DNA of 64,000 nucleotides from Bacteroidota bacterium (GTDB taxonomy: Bacteria > Bacteroidota > Bacteroidia > Bacteroidales > VadinHA17): positions 27,944 to 91,943 of the forward strand of contig JAZDMU010000002.1 in the NCBI GenBank assembly GCA_043800695.1. Direction: 5' to 3'. Numbering within the stretch: the first letter of the stretch is position 1; each line of letters starts with the position of its first letter. Below, piece after piece: positions 11,301-21,244 of this stretch. Made by a program: the position numbers and the translations under genes. Under the pieces are notes generated by a model. That model saw nothing but the letters and a program-made list of their open reading frames with translations. It was not told the origin of the DNA and searched no databases.

Positions 11301-11378
11301 ATATGTTTTTTGAATCCTGAAAATTCTTCCTTTTCAGGATTTTTCATTATCTTTCTTTGTTATTTTAACTTAACTGCC

Positions 11379-12254
11379 ATGGGATCAGACAATAAAAAAG
11401 ACAAGAAGAAAAAGAAGATCAAGGTCAAAACTTTTAAGAAGGATGACCTTTATCACGATGTAAAGCCTGAAAAAAAGGAAAAACTGGACAACAAGGAATT
11501 TGAAAAACAACTGCTTAAACAGGAGATTGAGCTGGTGAAGCTTCAGGAATGGGTAAAGGCAAATAAGTTAAAGGTGGTGGTGATCTTCGAAGGGAGGGAT
11601 GCTGCCGGGAAGGGAGGAGTTATAAAGACCATTGCAGGATGCATGAATCCAAGGATATGCAGGATTGTTGCACTTGGTATTCCAACCGAAAAGGAGAAAA
11701 CACAGTGGTATTTCCAGCGCTATGTCACACAGCTTCCTGCCGGTGGCGAGATCGTCCTTTTCGACCGCAGCTGGTACAATCGTGCAGGCGTTGAAAAAGT
11801 TATGGGATACTGCACCAATGAAGAATATGAGGAATTCCTGAGAGCTTGCCCCGAATTCGAGAAGATGCTTATCAGGTCAGGCACCATACTTATTAAATAC
11901 TGGTTCTCAGTGAGCGACCATGAGCAGGAGAAACGCTTTCAGGACAGAATCGAGGATCCGACGAAACGATGGAAGATAAGCCCTATGGATGTCGAATCGC
12001 GCGATAAATGGGTTGAATATTCGATGGCCAAGGATAAAATGTTCTCTTATACCGACACAAAACAATCACCCTGGTACGTGGTGCACGCTGACGACAAGAA
12101 AAGGGCAAGACTGAATACAATCGATCATCTGCTTTCACTGATACCGTATAAGGATCTGACACCAAAGCCGTTCAAGCTGCCTCCGCTTAAACACGACGTC
12201 GCTTACGTCCGGCCTCCGCTGACCGACCAGACATTCGTACCGGAAAAATATTAA
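11379..12254 (+). CDS. ppk2: Polyphosphate kinase 2
   Basis: FEGRDAAGKGG, FDRSWYNRAGVE, DDKKRARLN; upstream ORF extension runs through repeats, so start set to ATG 11379. Confidence 0.96.
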   Translation: MGSDNKKDKKKKKIKVKTFKKDDLYHDVKPEKKEKLDNKEFEKQLLKQEIELVKLQEWVKANKLKVVVIFEGRDAAGKGGVIKTIAGCMNPRICRIVALGIPTEKEKTQWYFQRYVTQLPAGGEIVLFDRSWYNRAGVEKVMGYCTNEEYEEFLRACPEFEKMLIRSGTILIKYWFSVSDHEQEKRFQDRIEDPTKRWKISPMDVESRDKWVEYSMAKDKMFSYTDTKQSPWYVVHADDKKRARLNTIDHLLSLIPYKDLTPKPFKLPPLKHDVAYVRPPLTDQTFVPEKY

Positions 12255-12255
12255 T

Positions 12256-12391
12256 AAGTCGGAAAGTCTGTAAAGTCTATAAAGTCTGTAGAGTCTGTAG
12301 AGTCTGTAGAGTCTGTAGAGTCAGTTCGTTGAGAGTGACTACTTTATGGACTTTCGACTTTATAGACTTTTAACTTTAAGACTTTTAACTT
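12256..12391. repeat. 9-nt tandem array (RAGTCTRTA x6) followed by degenerate inverted copies
   Basis: Units at 12264-12322; gacttt-type reverse units at 12337-12391. Confidence 0.85.
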
Positions 12392-12425
12392 ATTATGCAT
12401 ACTTTTGTCTTTTATCTGTTATGCT

Positions 12426-13793
12426 ATGTCATTGAAGCCTTCTATCCCCAAAGGAACCCGCGATTTCTCTTCTGATGAGATACTCAGGAGGGAATATATT
12501 ACTGATACCATTAAAACCATCTTTAAACTCTATGGCTATGAGCCCATCGAGACTCCGGCAATAGAGAATCTCTCAACTCTTCTCGGGAAATACGGTGAAG
12601 AAGGTGACAGACTGATCTTCAGGATACTCAATTCGGGCGATTTCCTTGCATCATCTGCTGATGAAGACCTGCGTAAAAGGGACATTTCAAAACTCTCGTC
12701 TCAGTTGTGTGAGAAAGGATTACGCTACGACCTTACAGTACCCTTTGCACGCTACGTTGTGCAGCATCGCGATGAGATAGTGTTCCCGTTCAGGAGGTAT
12801 CAGATACAGCCGGTATGGAGGGCCGACAGGCCTCAGAAAGGAAGATACCGCGAGTTCCTCCAGTGTGATGCCGATGTAATTGGAAGCGACTCATTACTAA
12901 ATGAGATTGAGTTATTACAGGTTATAAATAACATATTCAGTAATTTAAATATTAAAGTTCAGATCAAAATAAATAATAGAAAAATCATTGAAGGTATTGC
13001 AGAATTTGCAGGTGCTCCTAATAGGGTGGTCGATGTTTCTACAGCTTTAGACAAATACGAAAAGAATGGATGGGCAAATGTTAAGAATGAGCTGGAAACA
13101 AAAGGTATAAATGCAGGAGTTATTGAAGAATTTAGAAAGATAATTCAGGTCTTTGGTTTTAATAGTTGGGAGAAATTAAAATTCTTAAAATCTATTCTAT
13201 CAGATAGTCAAATCGGACTTAAAGGGATTGAAGAAATTGATTTTATCATTAATAAAACAGAAAAGTTAAATTTAAGATCAGAAATAATCTTTGATTTGAC
13301 TTTAGCCCGAGGGCTTAATTATTATACTGGAACCATCATAGAGGTGAAATCAGCAGATGTAAGCATTGGAAGCATATGCGGCGGCGGCCGCTATGACAAC
13401 CTTACAGGTGTGTTCGGACTTGAAGGGGTATCAGGCGTGGGAGTATCATTTGGCGCCGACAGGATTTATGATGTTATGAATCAGCTTGGCCTTTTTGGAA
13501 GTGTTGAATCATCATCCACGCGGGTGCTTGTACTGAACTTCGGGGATGCCGAGGTAAGTTATGCCCTGAAGATCGTGGAGGCACTCAGGGACAGAGGTAT
13601 TAGATCAGAACTCTATCCCGACAACGCAAGGATCAAAAAGCAGATGTCGTACGCCGATTCAAGAAAAATACCTTATATAATAATGGCTGGGGGCGACGAA
13701 ATAAAAAATACCGAGCTGACGATCAAGAATATGTTATCAGGGGAACAGAAGAAGATCCTGATGCAGGATCTTTCTTTCTTCAATTTTTCCTGA
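12426..13793 (+). CDS. hisS: Histidine--tRNA ligase
   Basis: PKGTRDF, LRYDLTVPFAR, GRYREFLQCD, ARGLNYYTG, GGGRYD. Confidence 0.98.
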   Translation: MSLKPSIPKGTRDFSSDEILRREYITDTIKTIFKLYGYEPIETPAIENLSTLLGKYGEEGDRLIFRILNSGDFLASSADEDLRKRDISKLSSQLCEKGLRYDLTVPFARYVVQHRDEIVFPFRRYQIQPVWRADRPQKGRYREFLQCDADVIGSDSLLNEIELLQVINNIFSNLNIKVQIKINNRKIIEGIAEFAGAPNRVVDVSTALDKYEKNGWANVKNELETKGINAGVIEEFRKIIQVFGFNSWEKLKFLKSILSDSQIGLKGIEEIDFIINKTEKLNLRSEIIFDLTLARGLNYYTGTIIEVKSADVSIGSICGGGRYDNLTGVFGLEGVSGVGVSFGADRIYDVMNQLGLFGSVESSSTRVLVLNFGDAEVSYALKIVEALRDRGIRSELYPDNARIKKQMSYADSRKIPYIIMAGGDEIKNTELTIKNMLSGEQKKILMQDLSFFNFS

Positions 13794-13815
13794 GAAGTCC
13801 TTTCTACTGATTTCT

Positions 13816-14283
13816 TTATCCGGGAGACTGCCCCGGATTGATCCTTTGCTCCCTTCTTTCCTGGAGCTCTTTAAGCAGCTGCTGACGGTACTGGTTTTCA
13901 GCCTGGTAAAGCCTGATTATTTTAACCGGAGGAAGCACGGCTTTGAGCGCCTGGTGGAATTTCATGCTTAATTCAGTTTCCGCAACTTCAAGTTCAATAA
14001 ACTTGTCGCCAAGCGTAAGGAGCTGTTCGTCGGTCATGAAGCTTCCTTCCTGGTTGAACATCATGTTAAGTTTCACCCTTTCCTGCTGTAACTCAAGTTT
14101 TTTCTCCTGGAATTCATTGTAAACAGGCCAGAATTTTTCAGCCTCTGAAGGAGTGAGCTTCAGCCTGTTGGTCAGAAAAGCGATTTTGTAGGAATTCAGC
14201 CTCTCCTGGCCCGGGTTCTGTGCGCCGGCAATAAATGTTGACAATATCAGGCCGATAATCAGGGTAATGCTATTTCTTTTCAT
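13816..14283 (-). CDS. Periplasmic helical protein (Spy/CpxP-like) in ECF operon
   Basis: Signal peptide; KIAFLTNRLKLTPSEAEKFWPVYNEF pattern; third gene of sigma operon. Confidence 0.75.
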   Translation of the reverse strand: MKRNSITLIIGLILSTFIAGAQNPGQERLNSYKIAFLTNRLKLTPSEAEKFWPVYNEFQEKKLELQQERVKLNMMFNQEGSFMTDEQLLTLGDKFIELEVAETELSMKFHQALKAVLPPVKIIRLYQAENQYRQQLLKELQERREQRINPGQSPG

Positions 14284-14293
14284 GGCTTCAGGA

Positions 14294-14719
14294 TTATAAA
14301 AGTTCATGAATTTCGTTTATATCAATATTTTCAAGTACAAGATAATCGATGATATCCGCCTGGCTTACCTCAGGAACCTCTTCGGAGAACAACAGGTACC
14401 CTGCGCTCTCTTCAAGCATAAGTATATCTATATCATTAAGATACGAATCTGAGAACTCCTGCATGCTTATTTCGGGAATTGACTTCTGATCCTTCAGTGG
14501 CAGGAATACTTTAACCGTTGCATAGCTTAATACTGCAAGTAGTGCAACCGCAGCGGCCATGGCCAGATATGGTCGCAACCTTGCATATAACCGGAGTTTC
14601 ACCGGTTCAGCTGCTTTCTCCGCAGTTTCCGCAATGATCATCCGGGTTACATCTTCAAAGTAGTTTTCAGGAACTTTGAAGGGATTTCTGCCTGCTGTTT
14701 CATCAATTCTTTTCATCAT
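14294..14719 (-). CDS. Putative anti-sigma factor (single TM)
   Basis: NPFKVPENYFE motif, one TM helix, directly after ECF sigma. Confidence 0.75.
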   Translation of the reverse strand: MMKRIDETAGRNPFKVPENYFEDVTRMIIAETAEKAAEPVKLRLYARLRPYLAMAAAVALLAVLSYATVKVFLPLKDQKSIPEISMQEFSDSYLNDIDILMLEESAGYLLFSEEVPEVSQADIIDYLVLENIDINEIHELL

Positions 14720-14748
14720 CACTTTAGATAGTTTTGAGCATGAAAGGT

Positions 14749-15294
14749 TTAAACTCCTTCAAGGTATTTTTCAATTTTTTTTACGGCATGATGGTATGAT
14801 GCTTTCAGTGCTCCTTCTGATGTTTTAAGCACCTTGCTCATCTCTTCATAGGTCATTTCGTCAAAGTACTTGAGGTTGAATACTATTCTCTGCTTTTCGG
14901 GAAGCTGCAGGATTGCATTCTGAAGCTTTATCTGTGCGGCATCACCATCGAACCACGAACTGCCTTCAAGTGAATTGGACAGATAGCTGCCAATGTCGTC
15001 AAGTGAAGCTGCCGCATTCCTCTTTCTTTTATTTATCAGTGTAAGAGATTCATTTGTTGCTATAGCATAAAGCCAGGTATACAGTGAGCTTTCGTTCCTG
15101 AAGTCAGCCATGTTTTTCCAGGCGCTTATGAAGGTGTTCTGAAGTGCATCGTCAGCATCTTCGTGAAGGATGACAAGCCTTCTGATATGCCAGTATAGCT
15201 TTGAGGAGTATTTTTCCACAACAAGACGGAATCCTCTGTTCACATCGGTCTTAAGGAGGATTATCAGATCTTTATCCTGGTCAGAAGCATTCAA
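14749..15294 (-). CDS. ECF sigma factor
   Basis: DADDALQNTF, YTWLYAIATN, region 4 LPEKQRIVFNL...ASYHHAVKK; TTG start. Confidence 0.95.
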   Translation of the reverse strand: MNASDQDKDLIILLKTDVNRGFRLVVEKYSSKLYWHIRRLVILHEDADDALQNTFISAWKNMADFRNESSLYTWLYAIATNESLTLINKRKRNAAASLDDIGSYLSNSLEGSSWFDGDAAQIKLQNAILQLPEKQRIVFNLKYFDEMTYEEMSKVLKTSEGALKASYHHAVKKIEKYLEGV

Positions 15295-15312
15295 ATATGA
15301 CAGGTTTTATTC

Positions 15313-15342
15313 TTTGATGTAAGATAATGGAAAAGGTTTAAA
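15313..15342 (-). promoter_or_regulatory. Putative ECF promoter TTTAAACCTTT-N13-ATCAAA
   Basis: Same motif and spacing recurs at 14724-14753 in front of the anti-sigma gene. Confidence 0.6.
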
Positions 15343-15381
15343 GAAATAATAACTTTACCCCGATAATTAATTAAGACACTG

Positions 15382-16478
15382 ATGGCTTTACAATGCGGAA
15401 TCATAGGTATTACAAACGTTGGCAAAACGACAATATTCAACTGTATATCAAATACAAGGGGCGAAACGCATGCTTTTACCTTCACCGGTGCAAAATCGAA
15501 CCTGGGCGTGGTGCAGGTGCCTGATCCGAGATTATATGAACTTGAAAAGCATCAGGTTACAGAGAAGATTGTTCCTACGACAGTTGAGCTGGTTGACATC
15601 CCGGGGCTGACAAGGGGATCAAACAGGGCTGAGAGCGAAGGAAACAGATTCCTTGGCGATATCAGGAATACCGATGCCCTTATCCATGTTCTCAGGTGTT
15701 TTGACAACGATGCCCTGCCCCATCCCGACGGATCGGTAAATCCTGTAAGGGATATTGAGACAATTGAACTGGAGCTTCAGGTCAGGGATATTGAGTCGGT
15801 TGACAAGAAGATTGACCGTCTCCGGAAGACAGCAAAATCCGGTGATAAGGATGCATCGCACGGAATTGAGGTGCTCTCTCTTTACCGCGGGCACATTGAG
15901 GGATTCAATAATGCGAGGACCCTTAAGGTTAAGGAGGATGAACGTAAATATGTGGAGGATCTTTTCCTGCTCACGATGAAACCTGTTATGTTCGTCTGCA
16001 ATGTTGATGAGAGGTCATCTGTCAGCGGCAATCAACACACCGAAAAAGTTAAAGAATTCCTTAAAGGCAAAAATGCTGAAATACTGATAATTGCAGGTGC
16101 CGTGGAAGCCGAGATAGCCGAGCTGGAAAATAAGGAGGACCGTCTGTCGTTTTTAAAGGATGCAGGCCTGGATGAACCGGGCGTTGATAAGCTTGTCAGG
16201 GCTGCATACAGGCTCCTTGATCTGCAGACATTCTTTACTGTGGGTCCCAAGGAAATTCGGGCCTGGACAATAAAAAGGGAATGACGGCTTCACAGGCTGC
16301 AGGAGTGATACATAGCGATCTTGAGCGTGGATTCATCAGGGCCGAAATAATGAAGTACAGCGATTTTGTTGCCCTCGGTTCGGAGCATGCATGCAAGGAG
16401 GCGGGAAAGTTCCATGTTGAAGGTAAAACATATATCGTGGGTGATGGCGATATTCTGCATATCAGGTTTAATGTTTAA
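15382..16478 (+). pseudogene. ychF: YchF-family ATPase, divergent paralogue, split by a 1-nt frameshift near 16272-16276
   Basis: [30 protein letters not shown] in one frame; [17 protein letters not shown]...[10 protein letters not shown] in the -1 frame; may be an assembly error. Confidence 0.8.
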
Positions 16479-18189
16479 AAGACTGCATACGGTCAGGAAA
16501 CTGCTCATATTATTTTTATTTCTCATTCCCTCTCCCGACTCAGGAGCCCAGGATCAGGATATAATTAGTATCCTGCGTAATGAAGTTTCCAGGTATGGGC
16601 AGGCAAGAGTCTTAATCGGTTATCCGGGGAGTTTGTCTATGAATGATCTTTCGACGAATGTTTCTGTAAGTGCAGTAAGGGGAAAGAGCATCGAGATAGT
16701 TTTGTCCCCCTTAACTGTCGATTGGTTCATTGAACAGAATATCGGTTACGAAATAATCGAAAGGCCTGATGTTAAATCAATTGTGACTGCTGGTAATACA
16801 AGGCAGGCTATGGAATGGGAGAGTTACCCGTCATATACGCAGTACGATTCGATAATGAGGAGCTTTGCCAGCGTATATCCTCTGCTTTGCCTGCTTGATA
16901 CGATAGGGACAAGCATTAACGGAAAGCTGGTCCTGGTGCTGAAAATATCCGACAATGTATCGGAAGATGAGCCCGAGCCTGAGACTTTTTATTCCTCAAC
17001 CATGCACGGCGATGAAACCGGAGGATTCATACTGATGCTCAGGCTGGCCGATTATCTGCTTAAAAACTATGGTACCGTCAGCACGGTGACCACTCTTATT
17101 GATAACCTGGAGATATGGATCAATCCGCTTGCCAATCCCGACGGAACCTATCGTACAGGTAATACTATTGTTTCACCTACGAGGACTAATGCCAACGGCT
17201 ACGACCTTAACAGGAACTTCCCTGATCCAATGTATACGACTCCTCCTGTGAAGCAGAAGGAGACGCTCGATATGATGCAATTCATGAAGGAGCACCATTT
17301 TGTCATATCGGCCAATTTCCACTCAGGTGTTGAGGTGGTCAACTATCCGTGGGACAGGTGGTCGAGGCTTCATGCCGACAATACCTGGTTTTATAATATA
17401 AGCAGGAGATACGCTGATACTGTGCACTTATATGCGCCTGCGGGATATATGGACTTCAAGAATTCAGGGATCACCAATGGTTTTGATTGGTACTATGTTT
17501 ACGGGGGCAGGCAGGATTATATCACCTGGGAAAAGCAGGGAAGAGAGGTGACGATCGAGATACATGATACCTATGTTACACCTGCAAGTCAGCTGAACTC
17601 ATTGTGGCAGTACAACTGGCGATCCCTGCTCGGATATCTTGAAAATGCCCTGTATGGCATTCACGGTATTGTGAAGAACAAAGTGACCGGCGAACCGCTC
17701 GAAGCCAGGGTCTTTATAGCCGGGCATGACAAGGACAGCTCTCATGTTTACTCCGGCAAGAGTGATGGTACCTTCGTCAGGCTTCTGGCACCAGGCATCT
17801 GGGATCTCACCTTTACCGCCTGGGGATGTCTTCCGGCTGTTGTTGAGGATGTGGTTGTAACCGAAGGGGTAAAAACAGAAATTAGCGTTGAGCTCCAGCC
17901 GATACTTAATCCGGTTGATACGTCCGCAACACCCACTCCTCTTCTATACCCAAATCCTTCAAGCCAGTCGTTAAGGGTTGTTCTTCCAGGCAGGCAGACA
18001 GGCGATATATCGGTACAGATTTATAACTCACTTGGTTACAAACTGGCAGATTATGAAAGAAAGACATCTGAAGGATACCCTCTTATCATAGATGTATCCC
18101 GTTTTCCCGAAGGTATTTATACGCTGGTTTTAACTAATATTGCCACTCATTTTACCGACAAGAGCCGTTTTGTAGTCGTCAGGAATTAA
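16471..18189 (+). CDS. M14 zinc carboxypeptidase with T9SS C-terminal domain
   Basis: HGDE, NPDG, DLNRNF, NFHSG; CTD LYPNPS...PEGIYTL...RFVV. Confidence 0.92.
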   Translation: MFKRLHTVRKLLILFLFLIPSPDSGAQDQDIISILRNEVSRYGQARVLIGYPGSLSMNDLSTNVSVSAVRGKSIEIVLSPLTVDWFIEQNIGYEIIERPDVKSIVTAGNTRQAMEWESYPSYTQYDSIMRSFASVYPLLCLLDTIGTSINGKLVLVLKISDNVSEDEPEPETFYSSTMHGDETGGFILMLRLADYLLKNYGTVSTVTTLIDNLEIWINPLANPDGTYRTGNTIVSPTRTNANGYDLNRNFPDPMYTTPPVKQKETLDMMQFMKEHHFVISANFHSGVEVVNYPWDRWSRLHADNTWFYNISRRYADTVHLYAPAGYMDFKNSGITNGFDWYYVYGGRQDYITWEKQGREVTIEIHDTYVTPASQLNSLWQYNWRSLLGYLENALYGIHGIVKNKVTGEPLEARVFIAGHDKDSSHVYSGKSDGTFVRLLAPGIWDLTFTAWGCLPAVVEDVVVTEGVKTEISVELQPILNPVDTSATPTPLLYPNPSSQSLRVVLPGRQTGDISVQIYNSLGYKLADYERKTSEGYPLIIDVSRFPEGIYTLVLTNIATHFTDKSRFVVVRN

Positions 18190-18214
18190 TCGTTAAATAA
18201 AAGAACAGGAATAA

Positions 18215-19876
18215 ATGAAATTTCAGGAACTGAGAAGAGAGGTTTTGATATTCAGTCTGGCAGTTGTCTGCATGAGCACGGCAGGACAGGGCGCTTATAT
18301 TCCGCCTGAAAAGCCAAAACTTGTAGTGGGCATAATTGTGGAGCAGCTGAGATATGATCAGCTTGAGCGGTTCAGAAACCGGCTAGGCCAAAACGGGATC
18401 AGAAGGATGCTCAATGAGGGGACAAGTTATCAGGATGCCTCTTTTCAGTACATGCTTACTCAGTCGGGCCCCGGCCACGCGACAATTGCAACAGGGACTG
18501 AGCCCGCCTGGCACGGGATAACATCCGACAGCTGGTATCTGCCACTGAGAAATGAAATGATAAACAGCACCAGCGACCAGAACGTCGATCCTGCAGGAGG
18601 CACTACCGAAGCAGGGAAGCATTCTCCTGTCAATCTTCAGGCTTCAACCTTCACCGATGAAATGAAAATGGTATCAGGCGGGAAGGCAAAGGTCTTCAGC
18701 GCAGGCCTGAAGGAGCAGCCAGTCATATTATCTGCCGGACATTCCGCTGATGCTGCCTACTGGTTTGACGACTCAACGGGTTCATGGATATCAAGCACAT
18801 GGTACATCGATTCGCTGCCTGCATGGGTCAATGATTTCAACGCCATGAAATACCCCGAGGCGTTTCTCAACAGCAAATGGGAACTGCTGAGACCTGTGCA
18901 GGATTATCATGACTGCATTTCCGACACAAATTCTTTCGAGGCAGGCTTCAACGGGAAGAACTACTTCCCCTATGACCTAAGCAGGATCAGCAGAAATGGA
19001 AATCCTCCGGTTCATGATCTGTCGGTAATCAGGGAAACACCATTCGGGAATACCCTTACTACTCGGTTTGCCATAAGGCTCATTGAGAATGAAGGACTCG
19101 GCGCTGATGATATAACAGACTATTTGTCAATATGTTATACGGCTTCTGATTATATCGGGCACAGGTTCGGCCCTTCGTCATACGAGATGGCAGATGCAAT
19201 TTTCAGGCTTGACCGGGAGATTGAGGATCTGATGTCGTACCTGGTTGATTCAATCGGAAAAATGAACATACTTGTCTATTTTACCTCTTCGCACGGAATA
19301 TCAGAGATACCCTCTATTCTTCAGGCAGGGCGCATACCTGCAGGATATTTCAACCAGGACCAGGCGATGCTTCTGCTTAAAAGCTATCTTAAGGCATTGT
19401 ATGGCGATGGTGACTGGGTAAAGGGATATTCCGAAAGGCAGATCTTTCTTAACAGGACATTGATTGAGGATTCCAAAATGCCGCTGGAGGAGGTTCAGAA
19501 AAAAGTGGCAAGGTTCATAGTCCAGTTTTCCGGCATTGCATCAGCTTACCCCTATTCAGCTTTTGAGGTAAATGATTTCGGCGAAGGAAACCTGAAGCGG
19601 GTTATAAATAATTTTAGTCCCCAGCGGACCGGTGATGTTATAATAACATTCCTTCCCGGCTGGGTTGAAAGGGTGAATAATGGAGTGACCAATCATAATT
19701 CGCCATACGAGTGCGATTCGCACGTTCCTCTGATATGGTATGGCTGGAGTATTGACAGGGCGACAATAACCAGGAGCATCAACATGACCGGCATTGCTCC
19801 AACGCTGTCGTCGTTGCTCAAGGTGCCTTTCCCGAATGCCTGTACCGGGGAGCCTCTTTTTGAGTTGTTCAGGTAG
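18215..19876 (+). CDS. Alkaline phosphatase family protein (PafA-like)
   Basis: PKLVVGIIVEQLR, GPGHATIATG, DYIGHRFGP, SHVPLIWYG; some metal ligands look substituted. Confidence 0.88.
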   Translation: MKFQELRREVLIFSLAVVCMSTAGQGAYIPPEKPKLVVGIIVEQLRYDQLERFRNRLGQNGIRRMLNEGTSYQDASFQYMLTQSGPGHATIATGTEPAWHGITSDSWYLPLRNEMINSTSDQNVDPAGGTTEAGKHSPVNLQASTFTDEMKMVSGGKAKVFSAGLKEQPVILSAGHSADAAYWFDDSTGSWISSTWYIDSLPAWVNDFNAMKYPEAFLNSKWELLRPVQDYHDCISDTNSFEAGFNGKNYFPYDLSRISRNGNPPVHDLSVIRETPFGNTLTTRFAIRLIENEGLGADDITDYLSICYTASDYIGHRFGPSSYEMADAIFRLDREIEDLMSYLVDSIGKMNILVYFTSSHGISEIPSILQAGRIPAGYFNQDQAMLLLKSYLKALYGDGDWVKGYSERQIFLNRTLIEDSKMPLEEVQKKVARFIVQFSGIASAYPYSAFEVNDFGEGNLKRVINNFSPQRTGDVIITFLPGWVERVNNGVTNHNSPYECDSHVPLIWYGWSIDRATITRSINMTGIAPTLSSLLKVPFPNACTGEPLFELFR

Positions 19877-20594
19877 CTTTGAATTTATTTCTCACTCTGC
19901 AGGCTTCTGTAAGCAATTCAGGTTTTTTCTCGCAGCCGTTGCCCAGGATGATCAGGTCGGCACCGGCCCTGAAAATGCTTTCTACTTCTTTTTTATCCCT
20001 GATTCCTCCGCCAACCGCAAGAGGTACTGAAATATTGTTTCTGACCTCTTTTATCAGTTCCGGCGGAACCGGATGAAGCGCCCCGCTGCCTGCTTCGAGA
20101 TATATCATTCCGAGTCCGAGCATTTCGCCTGCCATTGCCGTTGCAACGACTATGTCATGCTTGTCGGCAGGGATCGCTTCGGTCTGGCTTATGTATTCAA
20201 CGGAGGTCCTTGATCCGCAGCTTATCAGTATATACCCTACTGAGACCAGCTTGTCCCTGACATCTTTCAGGAATGGGGCGGCAATTACGTGGTTCCCGAT
20301 AAGCAATTCAGGATTTCTGCCTGAAATGAGCGAAAGAAGCATAATGGCGTCAGCCTTGCGGCTCAGCTGGAGCAGATTGCCTGGGAAAAGTATTACGGGT
20401 ATTGAACACTGCTTCTTCACAGTAACGATAAGATCGTCGATACTGTTGAAAGTCAGACTTCCGCCAACCATAATATAATCGACCTTGCATCCGGCTGCTA
20501 CTTTAAGAATTTCAGAAAGTGGTTCATTCTCCGCTTTGTCAGGGTCAAGCAGCAATGCAATGCTATTACTCCGGGGAAACTTATCTGACTTCAT
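19869..20594 (-). CDS. Geranylgeranylglyceryl/heptaprenylglyceryl phosphate synthase (PcrB family)
   Basis: LLDPDK, MVGGS, LFPG, SLISGRNP, YLEAGSGA, VGGGIR. Confidence 0.93.
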   Translation of the reverse strand: MKSDKFPRSNSIALLLDPDKAENEPLSEILKVAAGCKVDYIMVGGSLTFNSIDDLIVTVKKQCSIPVILFPGNLLQLSRKADAIMLLSLISGRNPELLIGNHVIAAPFLKDVRDKLVSVGYILISCGSRTSVEYISQTEAIPADKHDIVVATAMAGEMLGLGMIYLEAGSGALHPVPPELIKEVRNNISVPLAVGGGIRDKKEVESIFRAGADLIILGNGCEKKPELLTEACRVRNKFKAT

Positions 20595-21228
20595 AATTCT
20601 TTTTTGTCCAGACTATTGCATAATTATCATACCTTGAGTAGAACAAATCAAAGGAGTCGTTTATTTTTCTTGTATGAACAGAGCCCCTTATTTCGCCTGC
20701 ATCCTTAACCTCAAACGGCTCAATGGTTAAATTTTTCCTGAAGCTTATGCCCTCCTTATCGCAAATTTTGTAGAGAGCCTCCTTGGCGCACCAGTGAAGA
20801 TAAAGATGGTACTTCCTGGCCTCAGGGTCTTTTGTAACCTTCTCCTTACTGTTGATAAACTTGAAAGCGAATGCTCCGATGTTGGAGCTCATATACTCAA
20901 GGTCTATACCCACTTTTTCGGTTGTACTGCAAAGTATTGCTGTCAGTTTATGTGAATGGGATATGCTCATGAACCTTGATCCGTCCTTGAGAAAAGGCTT
21001 GTTGTTTTTGTTATATACTATTTTTGCGTCTTTACCCAGAAGTTCAGCAAGAAGAGCTCTTACGCTCAGAAATTCGAGCCTGCGTGATATGCTGGTAAAT
21101 CCCTTGTATTTCTTTTTGTCATCCGCATCCAGCACAATCATATCGAGCAGGGTGTTTATATCCTCCTCGATCTTCCAAACGCCGAGTATTGATGATCCGT
21201 TAAGATAATGTTTTGTAATACAACCCAT
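20581..21228 (-). CDS. 4'-phosphopantetheinyl transferase superfamily protein
   Basis: SISHS, VGIDLE, WCAKEALYK. Confidence 0.9.
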   Translation of the reverse strand: MGCITKHYLNGSSILGVWKIEEDINTLLDMIVLDADDKKKYKGFTSISRRLEFLSVRALLAELLGKDAKIVYNKNNKPFLKDGSRFMSISHSHKLTAILCSTTEKVGIDLEYMSSNIGAFAFKFINSKEKVTKDPEARKYHLYLHWCAKEALYKICDKEGISFRKNLTIEPFEVKDAGEIRGSVHTRKINDSFDLFYSRYDNYAIVWTKKNYEVR

Positions 21229-21244
21229 TAAGTAGCTGTAAAAG

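Noticed and set aside
11232-11378. N-terminal extension of ppk2 in the ORF track (likewise 4549, 16366, 23849, 38873, 39110, 49169 starts)
   Set aside because: Extensions run through repeats, promoters or upstream genes; downstream ATGs match family N-termini
12256-12391. CRISPR-like array
   Set aside because: Contiguous 9-nt units with no unique spacers
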